DNA of 64,000 nt from the NCBI RefSeq assembly GCF_000143415.4, contig NW_003314292.1:1-64000 (forward strand). The letters are read 5' to 3'. The stretch comes from Selaginella moellendorffii (lineage: Eukaryota; Plantae; Lycopodiophyta). Within the stretch, counting starts at the first letter, position 1. Every line of letters begins with the position of its first letter. The position numbers and the translations under genes were made by a program. This document shows positions 25,046 to 36,882 of this stretch, one piece after another. A model generated the notes under the pieces. It saw only the letters and a list, made by a program, of their open reading frames with translations, was not told the origin of the DNA and ran no database searches.

Positions 25046-28000
25046 ATGGCCTTCAGGGTTGGGGAAAAGGTTTACATTTTGAATGGTGGGAAGAGAGTTG
25101 CAAAAGGGACCCTTGTGTCTATGGTTCGGAACTTTGTTATACACTGTCAAAGGCTTGGGGAAGGCAATGATGCTGTATCAGTAGAGACTGTCTTCGATGG
25201 GAATGTGGTCGCTATTGAACGAGGAGAGATGGTCGTCGGGGTAAATGTTGTTGTTGCCTTGAAAAATCTGCAGAAGAAAGCAGATGTTGGGGACAGCGCA
25301 AGTGCGACGCATGTTCCCTCCGTGGATCTTAAGAACCGTGCTACATGGATTCAGGCAAAGGTGTTTCTAAACAACCCCGAGGGGGAGGTGGTAGCTGAGG
25401 GCTTAGCCACAGTTGTTGATCCAAGAGATGCGGTTGCTAATCAAGAATTGGGCTGGGATGATATTGGAGTTGCGATTTTAGAGGTTGTTGACACAGAAGA
25501 AAACAGTCTGACTATTGGAAGCATTGTGCAGTGGAAATTGAGGCACTTAGTGTTTGAGAATGTGAAGGATTCACAATCAAACACCACTACAACTAATGAC
25601 AGAACATCTCTTCATGGGAAAAGAAAGTACACCTTCCTAAAGCACAGCCAAAGGGATCTGAGCAACGAACCGAAAAGGCAGAAAATGGCGATGGAGGTTC
25701 GAATGGTCTCGACAGTTGTTTGTTGCAAGAGGAGGTGCTGTCAACATGCTGATTGGGATGCTATTGAAGAGGAGAGAGCAAGATACAAGACATTGTCCTA
25801 GAAGGCAGCTCGCAATTTTGTGTATGAGGCATTACGGTCATCTGTTGATACTTCAGAACATCAGGTGGGGGGCATGGTCTTTTAGAGGGGTTTGGTCTGC
25901 ATGAAGGCATGGAGAATCATTTATGGAGTCCCTCGAACCACATTCTACAGAATCAAAACTGAGTTCGAGGAACAAAGGGTTTAACAGGCAGTCCATATGA
26001 ACAACGGTACTCACAAAACCAGGGGTCATGTTGTATATGGAGAGGCAATCTTCAAGAGGTTTGTCGAGACATGTAGCGAGCAGCAACCACATAAAACCCG
26101 CCTCTTGGAAGATGGAACACGAGACACCCAACGAGTTCTCCCTTCCATGTATACCAAGGGGGCCATATTGGAAGATGTGAATCGGGAACTCCGAAGTAAT
26201 GGCTACAGGAAACTGAGCCAATCTAGATTTAGTAGATTGTGGAGCAATAGGTTCATGGATGTGAGTATAGGAAAGTACTCCATCTTTTCAAAGTGTGACG
26301 AGTGCACTGCTATCAAAATGGCTTTGTCGAAGAATTCTTGCAGCGCTCAAGAGCGAGAGACGTTGGTTAGAAGGCGGCTCGACCACAACATCAAGCAGAG
26401 AATCTGCATGACTGCATATTATCATAACAAGATTCTCTCCATGGAGAGACCTGACTCTTACCTCTGCATCATCCACAACAAAATGGACCAGAAAAAGACG
26501 TGCTTACCTCGACTCAATCCTGCCCCCAAGGCAATCTCTTCATCCATGCAGCTGCTTGTGTCTCTGTTTGGCATAATCGCTCATGGGCATGGTGCCCAGA
26601 ACTATGGGAACTTCTTTGTACCTCTATGGGGTGGCGGGGGTGCAAACACGATGATTGCGTCCCTAGCAAAACACTTAAGGTCTCTGCAAAGTGCGCAGAC
26701 TGAGCTGAACGGCCAACCCTTGCATAAGGCCCTTGTCGATCGAACCCCATACAGGGTTCAGCTGGAGGAGGAGCAAAGGCTTGCAGTATCGCGTGGGGCC
26801 CCATGCCATCCCAGTGAATATGTTGGCCGTCAGATTGTAGGGTTATCACGTGAGGCCTCATGCCATTCCGACGAGGCTGGTCGCCCGGTGAATGCACAGC
26901 CTCATCCAAACGAAGCAGAATCTCAAGGAAGTTCTTGCGGCCGATGTGGCCTTCCACCCCATCTTCTGCTCCAAACAGACAATGCTGGTAGTGAGAACAA
27001 AAACATGTACGTCTTCGCGTACTTGGCGACGCTTGTTGCCAAAGGCATATTTGAAACGGTTACACTTGGCTTTCTCATGGTTGGGCACACTCATGAAGAC
27101 GTCGATGCCATGTTCAGTCACCTGGCAGAGTCCCTCTGGCGATCCAATGTCCTCACCCTCCCACAACTCTACGATGAATTCCAAAATTGCATCAAAGGCA
27201 CTGTTGAAGCTGCACTTGTGACAGAAGTTCCAGACTTTAAGGGGTTTGTAAGAGGCTACATCAGGGACGGATCCGAAACGTTGATTGGCCACTCCAAGCC
27301 TCTTCAATTTCATTTCAGCATGCGTGACGGTGCTCCAGTGATGAGGTACAAGATGAGAGAATGGGACACAGTGTGGCTGCCAGTGGACGGCATTGAACTC
27401 TTCAAGAGAGATCCCATAACTGGGGAACCTATGATTCCTCAGGGTTCCCCACGGCCGATGCACCCGGATGGATTCAAAGACCAGGAAAGTATAGTGGCCA
27501 GGATTAGACAGCATATTGCCTTCTGGAAGAGAGGGGGTTGGTGTTTGGTGGAGAATCCTATTTTAAGAGGTGCAAGCCTTTGCTCGAATACTGGGAGAAA
27601 ATTATATTTGCTATCCAAAATGGGCCGGTTGTATATGAAGAATTGGAAGAGTCCTTTTAGCCAGAACCCAGAGCACCAGATAGTAGCGGAACAATGTCCT
27701 CTAGAAATGCAGTGACAGATAACGATGTTGAGGATCACTATTGTGGGCCGAGGAACAAGAAGCCGGATTCAGCATTCAATCTAGTACAGGTCTGCAAAGG
27801 AATGGTCGTGCTTGTCAGACCCAGTAATAAAAAACAAATGATATGGGTGGGGCGCTGCATCACTGATGCAGAGGAGGACGCGGAAACTAACTCCTTCAAT
27901 GTAACTGTGGAGTGGTTCAAGCCAAGTTCCAGATATACGAAGGATTGCCTAGAAAAGAGATGGGTGCTGAATCCAAGGGATCCCAGCATGAGCATATCGG

Positions 28001-28190
28001 TGGATAATGTTGTGCATGGTTGGATGCGGAAGCAAAGTGCCACCATCACCTTGCCAGACCATGCAAGAGATGCAGCAAGAGCATTCATAACCCGGGTTCA
28101 AGGTGAGATTCATTAATATTCCTTTACTAAGTTTCTAATGTATTTTATTTCAAGGTGAACAATCCGAATCTGAATCAGAGGAGGCGTGAT
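25046..28190 (+). pseudogene. Sola1-like transposase gene with stop codons and frameshifts
   Basis: FSKCDEC, LCIIHNKMDQKKTCLP, LLLQTDNAGSENKN and FLMVGHTHEDVDAMFS in ORF 25997-27715. Flanking ORFs 25046-25801 and 27694-28116 appear to be the N- and C-terminal parts. Confidence 0.85.
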
Positions 28191-28829
28191 GGCATGTGGC
28201 CTTACGCCATTCCTAGGTGAGATGATACAAATAACAAGTATAAATTCTTAGTTGTTCTAGCAAATCTTACTTAAAGTTTAAGGTGAACAAGCCAAATATG
28301 AATTCATTGGATTGTTATAACAAATTGCAAGGTGATGACATGAGGCGATATGCCATTTGAGAGTGGTAGCCATTCCTATATGAGGTGAGTGAAATATTTA
28401 TTAGAAATACCTCATTCAATTGTGCACTTCTAAGTCTTGGTCCACTCAGTATTGTTTGCATATTTCTATTTTAATTCTTTCTCTAAAATGTTATTTAGCA
28501 TGTGGCTTCATGCCATTGCTCTCCACAATCATGCATTGAATTTTTCTATCCTTGCATAATACTTCTCCATATATATAGCATGTGCGCACATGTGATATGG
28601 TTCATTAGGCTTGATATAGTGTGTGAGGTAAAACAAAGATGATGTGACATATGCATTTACCAATCACATGTGCATAAATCTAATAATATGGCGTGTGGCC
28701 CATATTAATGGCACATAAACCCATATTGTGGGCTTACATGCTTTATGTACCATCATTCCCTTGCAGCGTGTGTGTTGGTTTCCTTTTATAACACAACGAA
28801 CTCCATATTTTAGGGTGAAGAGCATTCTC

Positions 28830-29087
28830 ATGGCAAGCACAAAATCTGTAAGTGAGGCAGAAAAGGAGACGGAGAAGGAGATAGGTGAAGATGTAGAATA
28901 TATAAGTCTTCCAAACTCCCCGTACTATACTCCAGGTGATCATTTTTCTGAACAAACGGCAACATTAACAACTATCGAGAACGCCCCAGTAACGTCAGAG
29001 ACAACAATCCAAAGCAAAACAACTGACCCAGAGAAGGATGATAGTACCGCTGAGAGTACCAAAAAGGAGGTGTCCACTAGCGCTTAG
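28830..29087 (+). CDS. Small Ser/Thr-rich ORF homologous to 37696-37905(-)
   Basis: VEYISLPNSPYYTP...NAPVTS. Confidence 0.4.
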   Translation: MASTKSVSEAEKETEKEIGEDVEYISLPNSPYYTPGDHFSEQTATLTTIENAPVTSETTIQSKTTDPEKDDSTAESTKKEVSTSA

Positions 29088-29751
29088 GCTTATAATGGCG
29101 TGTGCCCTCATGCCATTTACTTGATCACCAAATACCTTTTTCCCTTTGCACTAGTATATCTTAATACCGGTCTGAGAAATAGAATGGCATGTGCCCTCAG
29201 GCCTTTTACTAAATCACCTTTGAAAGAAATGCAAGCCACTATGTCATAAAAAAAAGGTACTAGAGAAATTCCTTAATAATATGAATGTTATTTATTTTCA
29301 TGAAAGTACACTAAGGGTCAAATGAGTTAAATGACTTCTCCAGACTAGCAATGCCTCTTGCTACACCTTCACAATTAGATTCGTTAGAAAAAGATAACAT
29401 TGAATAATATCTAAATGTTCTCACCATTAAGTTATATGTCTGGCTAATAGGAATGACGTTCATCTTGGAAAGCTCACCACACCCTCAATGAACAAACAAA
29501 TAGTGTGTGCGCGCATGCCATCGCTCTTCTTTAGCTTCAGATTCGGCTTGTTCACCTTGACAATGAGATTTATTATACAACCAGATGGACTCAATCTGGA
29601 CACAAAGTCACCGCGCTAGTCACCATGCCCCAGATATGTCTAGCCCCTGGACAAAAAACATATAATTTCATGTCATTTTCAAATACTTGAAAATTTGTAC
29701 CTAGTCCCATTTTACTGAATAAATCCCACTTTAACGAAATAGAGCTTATGG

Positions 29752-31060
29752 TAGACATTTTGAAGACGAAGGGGCACTCTTGCTCATTCACAACTTGGTC
29801 TGGAAACAAACTTCCGTGAATGAACTCGTATGGATAGGTTCGTTTCAATTCAAGGATGGAGTCAATTTTTGATTGCAACTTCCCCTCTCGAGCTTTACAC
29901 ATCCAAGATTTTATCCTAAATAATATAATGTAAGAAAAAATTATTATTATAACGTATGAAAAATAACGGATGTACCTCCTTAAGCTAGTAGTAGGTTGTA
30001 CTCCTCGTAGTAAGTCCCGCAAGCTAGCCTCGTTTAGTTGAGTCTTTTGGCAACCTGGATTGAGTAAGGTATTTGCAATAAAATCCTTGAGGATGGTCTT
30101 CTGAATATGCTTCGGAGTTGCAGATGAGTTTCTCATAGTCTCTTCATGTACAGCATCTTTGAAATGGTTGAAAGAACTCCTTTGTATCCCTTCCTGCATT
30201 GGATGCATGTGTGTGCCAATATGTATTGTAGCTCTTCCAGCCATTCCATCCCGTGGAAGAAAGTAGTACATCTTGGCCTCGCAGATAGCATGACATAGAG
30301 GAGCATTTTTGCAGAATCGACACTTGAATCCAACAGCAATGGTGTCACAGGCTAAAGGATTGACTGTAGACCCTTCGAAAAATATAGAGTTTCTAAAGCG
30401 GTCTCGATTGCATGCTTCATCCACACAATCTAAATGCCCGCCACAATGAACTATAGACACTGTGCCTTTAAAATATTGGAAGTGTGTGGTCTTGATCTTG
30501 CACCAATTGTGGACATCCTGCTTGGTTTCCATCCCCTTCCATTTGGAACCTGTGCTGCTGACAAGAGGTGGTAGCTCGAAGAAAATGTTGCCATTGTAAA
30601 AGGATGGAAGCTCACTCACAAGCCTATACAAAAACAAGTGCACGTCGATTGAGAGGCGTGAAAACTGAAAAGCATTGCTAACGGCTTTGAATATTGCTGA
30701 AGTTGGAGTTGGAGTTGGAGCTGGAGCTGGTGAATTTGGCGCCAACACTAGTATGACATCTCCACTTGAACTAAAAGAGGACAAGAGGATAACGACTGAC
30801 TCTTGCTTCACATTCACTTTGGCTAGAGCGCATTTTGACATTTTAACTGGAGATCCAAACACTCGAATCTCCTTTGACTTGGAATTTTGTAAATCCCATT
30901 GTTGTCCACCCTCGCCCACACCAGAAAGAAGAAACTCCGAGTATGCAACTATACCGGTGTTGTTGCGGATCACAGCCTCTAAAGAAATAGAGCCAAGATG
31001 AAGATCAAAATGCCAACATAAAAAAATTTCAACTACTTGTAAAAATCTATAGTGAAACAT
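29752..31060 (-). pseudogene. MULE transposase, N-terminal part
   Basis: CGGHLDCVDEAC..KCRFC..HIGTHMHP..FVFKMST. Joins in frame to MGPASGVNLVSRM beyond the Sola insertion. Confidence 0.85.
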
Positions 31061-31807
31061 AATTGAAATTTAAATAGAGTAATAAGAAGACAACGTACAA
31101 AATGAATTTAAATTCTATAGCAAATTTAACATGTGTAAGTGTGACAGTATTAACATTACTGTCATCTATTATGATGTCTGATGCATATATACACATAGAT
31201 CCAAAGAAAGATTTTCAGCACGTGAAGTTTGATAGTTAATAATGATACCAGTAATGACATTCTGCTATAACGTGTTAAACCAAGAGATCCAATCTAACTA
31301 TCAGCATGTGTGATATGTCAAGTTGTCAAATTTTAAGTGGTAGATAATAATAAATCTTGTTAAATCTTATTCTTCAATGACACATTTGATTCATAGTACA
31401 ACTCAAGTTTTATCCATAATTGTGAACACTGCTCAATGACATTTAAAGCACGTGCCTATTGTTTAGGATCTAATACAACACAAAATAAATTTCTGGATGA
31501 GGATTCATCCATTCATAGATGGATATAGTACAACATATTTTAACGTGCCTTATTTATACTCTTTGAAGTTCTTGTAACGATTCCAAAATATGTACAAAAT
31601 ATTGATGAGAATGCATCCTTTCTAGATAATTTGTAAAATATAATATCATATCTCTAATAACAGAAATGTTGATAGGTGCTAGTTATACCATCATTAAAAT
31701 ATACAAAATAAAGAAGCATAATTACATATAATAATAATGATAAGATAAAATAAGATCAAAGATATTGTGATGGTTGAGATTTAGGTTATTCGGAATGAAT
31801 GGCCAGG

Positions 31808-32101
31808 ATTAGAGATTGGTTAGGGTTAGGGCAGCTGTCAGGATTAGGGTTAGGGTAGCTGCCAAGATTAGGTTACTGTTTGCATCGTGAGTGGAGCGCG
31901 AGAGATTGAGGATTGAGTGCAAAGGAGATCGAGCGATTGAGCGCGCAAGAGATCGAGAGATTGAGTGCATGAGCGGGAGAGATTGAGCGCGCAAGCGGGA
32001 GAGTTTGAGCGTGCGAGCAAGAGAGTTTGAGCGCGCGAGCGGGAGAGATTGAGTGCGCGAGCAGGAGAGATTGAGTGCGCAAGCAGGAGGGATTGAGCGC
32101 A
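31808..32101. repeat. TTAGGG-like repeats plus GAGATTGAGCGCGC minisatellite, copy B
   Basis: Reverse complement of 5561-5896. Confidence 0.85.
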
Positions 32102-32140
32102 CAAGAAATCTAGCACAATCAAGAAATCGAGGGAGGAAAG

Positions 32141-35100
32141 ATGCCACCAAGGGTGAGTTTCGATTTGATTGCTTCCACTTCCATTTTTTGATTCTATTGC
32201 TTCCATTCTATTGCTTCCCTTTTTTATTCTTGATTGCTTCTTTGCTGGCCGAGGTCGAGCTCGGGCCGGCCACCTCGGGCAGTTTTGCTTGCCGAGGGGC
32301 CGAGGTTATTCAAATAAACTCGGCCCCTCGGTGAGCAAAACTGCCCGAGGTCAAGCTCAGGCCGGCCACCTCGGGCAGTTTTGCTTGCCGAGGGGCTGAG
32401 GTTATTCAAATAACCTCGGCCCTTCGGCAAGCAAAACTTCTTGAGGTCGAGCTCGGGCCAGCCACCTCGGGCACTTTGGCTGCCCAGGGGGCCGAGGTTA
32501 TTTGAATAACGTCGGCCCCCTGGGCAACCAAAGTGCCTGAGGTGGAGTCTAGGCCCACTTGAATTTTTTTTTCTCTTTGACTGTTTGAATTTCTCATTAT
32601 CTTTATTTAGTTTGACTAACAAAATTTTTTCTCTTGTAGAAAAGGAAAATTGTAACACATAAAAAGGTTGTTGGAGCCAACAAGACACAAGAAGTTCAAT
32701 TCGGCACAAATGACGACATCACAATTGACATGTCCATTAGCACAACAAAGACACATTTCGTTAGAGATTCACCACCTCCACCACCTCCACCATTGCCATC
32801 ACCACCTCCACCACCTCCATCACCACCTCCACCACCTCCATCGCCACTGCCACCACCACCATTGCCACCACCACTACCACTATTGCCTCTGCCCCCGCCA
32901 CCACCGCCACCACCAACAACGCAAATCCCTGAAGTTGGGCAATCTAGTGGTGTTCACGATAGGGAACCTAAGGAATAGCCTGGAGCTGAAAGAGTTGCAG
33001 ACCTTCCTGACAACGTGGTGGACAAGCGCTTCCAAGAGACTGTTATGCGGACAAGGGAAAAAGCAGTTCACCAAACACTTGAGGTGCTCAAGTGGCCAAG
33101 CCCTTGTGACTTGATCAGAGAAATCCCCCTTTGCTGTTTGCAGTAGATGAACTTTGTCCGCACAGCATCCAAGTATGTCAACCCGGATATATACAACTTG
33201 TTCAAACAGAATGGCCTTGCAACAAATATCGGTATGTTTCTAATTTCTTTTTGCAAGCCAGGAACAACGGAGATCATTATTGTCACACCCGAGATTGTGA
33301 ATAGCTAGGATCCTATTTGGAAGAGGAAGTCCCTAGAATTTGATGACATGCTTATCAGACATCCTGAGACTTGACAGCTTGCGGGGACAATGTTCCAAAT
33401 TATTGACGGTAACCACCGATATGGAGCTTGGATGAAGTGTATCGATGATCATTTTCGCGATGATCCCGTCTACCATATCAACGTTCTAGTCGGCTATGTC
33501 TACGCGAGGGGACCTTTGGATGTCAATAGACTTATCTTGGCCTACCAAAAGATCAATGCGTAAGTTTTATAATTTTACCTCTAACTCCACTTTAACTTCT
33601 TTTGTTGTGTTTAAATGTAGGCTTGGGCAATTCGCTGTTCAAAAACAAAACCTTGTCCATGACATTGAGCAACTTCGATTTTTGGCAGACTTGAGTGAAG
33701 ATGACATCCGCCAACATTATGGTGATGATCTCGCAACACTTGTTCGGCACTCACGCCCTCGAAATGATGGTACAACTTGGTTCAACAACCCAATCAGTTT
33801 TATGCTCGCTGTGTGGTGTAAGGTATATCTTTCCCTTTTATTTTATAAAAGCCTCTTTTAATTTTTTTGGTTTTTAGCCTTTGGTGAAGGTCAAGTAGAA
33901 TGCTTACGAACTTGCATATTTGGAGAAGAGTCAAGAAGAGCTCTCAGCTGAGTTTGTACAAATTGAGCACAAAATTCAGCATGCAAAGTCCTCAAAGTTG
34001 AAGAAACTAGTATGCATTGCAGACAATCGCAAGCCGAAGGAGTGGCTAGAGACTATAGCCAAAATTTCTTCTCATGAATATAAGTTTCTTATCTCACTTC
34101 ATTTTTCTCAATTATGCATATGTTACTTTTGCAGTGAACAAAACTTCAGATGACATGATTTACAATATTGCAAAATCAAAACTTCCATATAAGTAATAGA
34201 TAGAGACTTTGGAGTTCTTCAATGTCTGCTTGATGAACAGAGAGTAAGGACTACCAGAACTATTTGAGAACATGATAAGAAGGGCTGTCTACATCACGCA
34301 AACTATAAGTGAAGGTGAGAAGTTCTTGGCACCACACATTGGTGACGATCCAGATGGCACATTCATGTCTTTCGACACCTACATCAACACGTCATTAGAA
34401 GGGATCGAAGAGGGGTGGCTGCCAGAGAAGTCTACAAGCACAACAACTTATGATTGCCAACATGGTCAACCTTATTTCATGTGACGTGCAGCTTATAAGT
34501 ATAATATGATTTCTAAGACTATTTTTTAATATATATTGTTTACAGGTATCTTCGATACAGAGGCATGCCATTTGAGGCACCAGTTTGCACTCGACTTATT
34601 GCAAAGGGTGTAAGGGATGGAAGAATGTACCCAACAATGTTTGCGAGAGTTCCGAAGGTATGGAAGATAGAATGCCCTTGGGAGTTGGAGCCCCTAGGGA
34701 AGGAGACCTCTACACTAGATTGCGAGGAAATTATCAATGCTAGTAACGATGGCAATGCAAGTGATGATGGAGACGAGGATGAAGAAGCTCCAGATCAAGT
34801 TCGTGTTCCACCACCAGATAGTCAGGAACAGGCTCCAATTCAACCATCAAACAACCAAGATCCGGATCAGGTTCTACCAGTAAATAACGATGATCAAGTG
34901 GTTCATAGAATATCACGTCGACCTCGAGGTAAGCAAAAGTGAATTTTACAAACTAAACGTGGTAATACATGTTTTTTGCAGCAATGACTGTTGGTAGTAA
35001 TTTCATTCCAACTCGATGAGATGCTCGTGAAGAGGAGCTAGAGGAACTCTCATCGACAACATGCCATATGACGGTATCATACTATTTATTACTTTTTTCA

Positions 35101-36192
35101 TTCACTTAGCTCTTTTATAGGTCCGTCTTGTGTCCCTAATAACACAACGAGGCATTATGGGTATCTTCATTGGCTCTTACAGTAGATTATTGACATCTTT
35201 CACGGAAGACGGCATCAACATGGATATACGCCGCCAGTTCAACTGTTGGTGCCGAAAGATACAAAGGCCCGTGCTCCCAGTTGCGGACTTCATTCTCTTC
35301 GACTTTCCAGATGGTCTTTTAGATATCGATGAGAAAGTTGAGGATTGGAACTTTCTCGGACCTGACCACTTGCGTAATGCATTCCTATTGTCCGAAGCAC
35401 TTATGCTCGAAGCTGGCCATGTCATCTTCATCCTACTGAACGACCCCAACTGGATGTATGAGCTTATAACGTGCGCAGCAGAAGTTCATTTCAAGTCATT
35501 CTCTTCCGGGTGCATCATGGATCCTATTGGCGTTGATATGAGGGGCGTCTAAGGGAAGCATGAAAAGGTGAGTATATATTTTATATTTTTATCTAATTTC
35601 TAAACATTTTTATTTTCCAGGTTATGATGTGGACCTATCATGCCTTCTGCAAAAACACACATGATGGGTTTCGTGATAGCGAACATGCAGCACGTGTTTT
35701 GCCTGGGTACAACAGTTCCACTAACATCATACCCAACCTTGTGGATGAGCAGATCCACAACACGTTTCCAGGGTATCGATTCCAAACTTCATCGGTAATG
35801 CAAGTCTTGCTTGAGCTCTATTGCCCACTAGATGGTGTTGTGATTGATTGCACACCAGGTAGCGGTTCTATGGTGGAGGCAGCACGTGACTTTGGTAGGT
35901 TAGTGTTTGCTATTGAAGAACATCATTTCTTCAAATGCCGGCTCAGAGGATTTCGTGAGTTGCCTTCAACCTCAAGGAGGTAAATTATGTTTATTAAAAT
36001 TTCAATATATATTTCATTTTATTTTATAGATCACAGTCACCTGGAGTTTCTAGAATTGGAGGCTTTAGAAGTCTCCCTGACTATGCAGAAGCCATAGCTC
36101 AACATATGCAAAGTGAATCTTCCCCACAATACCAATATAGGAGGAAGTATAAAAGAAATCATTATGTTGATGATGAGGTAGAAGAAAGTTAA
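32141..36192 (+). pseudogene. Multi-exon ParB/Srx-like + amino-DNA-methyltransferase-like cargo gene, copy B
   Basis: ATGCCACCAAGG|GT exon 1; exon 2 from 32640; MFQIIDGNHRYGAW (DGNHR 33405-33419); PVADFILFDFPDG; VLLELYCPLDGVVIDCTPGSGSMVEAARDFGRLVFAIEE; stop at 36192. Several TGG>TAG and CGA>TGA stops. Confidence 0.78.
32272..32543. repeat. Three 80-bp hairpins at 96-bp period in intron 1
   Basis: Units at 32272-32351, 32368-32447 and 32464-32543. Confidence 0.88.
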
Positions 36193-36501
36193 TTGCATCC
36201 TTACATAAAATAGAAAGCTTGTTATATGTTAGATGTCAGTGAAAGTGTCAGATGTCAATAAAATTGTCAGATGTCAATGTCAATGTCAGATATCATAATT
36301 GCAAATTATCATTCTCACCTGTCACCATCACTTTGTAGCACTTGTGCATTGCCATCTCCTCCTTCAACATTTTGTAAACAATTATATGTGATATGATAAC
36401 ACCTTCTAGAACAAGGTATGTTACCTACAACTAATATCATTTTATTATATTTTTTCTTTTAATAATGACAATACTATAGTATAGTAAAGTAATTCTAGAT
36501 C

Positions 36502-36882
36502 TTACATTCCACTATAGGGTGGCCTAAAAACCCCATATTTTGCACTAGTCAATGCAGTGTTTCTCAAGGGGATGTTGTTCCTCACCATGAAGCAATAGTG
36601 GGTATGTGTCTGTAACTCATTCTTGAATCTATTGTACATCCACACGTGCACATTTTCCAGACTTGCCGTTGGGCAATTCTTACAGTGCTCAAGAAAAGTT
36701 TGTAAACCCATAGAGCCATTTGTCTTGTCCAAGAAAAAGTAGCATATTGGACACCGAATGTAATAGCGTTTTGTGCTTTCAAGTAGTCTTGCCATGTCAG
36801 GAGCAAGATCTTGCAAAAACATGTGGCATTGCTTTTGAAGTGCTGGAGGCAATCCCTCTAGTAGTAGGATTCGGAATTTCAT
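36502..36882 (-). CDS. Small Cys/His-rich MULE cargo ORF, copy B
   Basis: Near-identical to 665-1045. Confidence 0.35.
   Translation of the reverse strand: MKFRILLLEGLPPALQKQCHMFLQDLAPDMARLLESTKRYYIRCPICYFFLDKTNGSMGLQTFLEHCKNCPTASLENVHVWMYNRFKNELQTHTHYCFMVRNNIPLRNTALTSAKYGVFRPPYSGM

Larger units (their letters stand above)
17462..29521. repeat. Dispersed 22-bp palindrome ATGGCRTGWGGCCWCAYGCCAT (about 24 copies)
   Basis: Copies start at 17462, 18539, 18614, 19853, 20044, 20185, 21677, 22947, 23007, 23084, 24161, 24774, 24872, 24942, 26788, 26845, 28189, 28335, 28495, 28575, 28688, 29095, 29184 and 29500. Confidence 0.9.
17076..29747 (+). mobile_element. Sola1-like (DUF7869-type) DNA transposon, 12672 bp, with cargo genes
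   Basis: Perfect 24-bp TIRs AAGCTCTATTTCGTTAAAGTGGGA at 17076-17099 and 29724-29747. 4-bp TSD ATGG at 17072-17075 and 29748-29751. Confidence 0.9.

Noticed and set aside
29591-31060. Intact 489-aa protein
   Set aside because: The ORF reads through a probable intron and into the Sola TIR; it is only the N-terminal piece of a split transposase.
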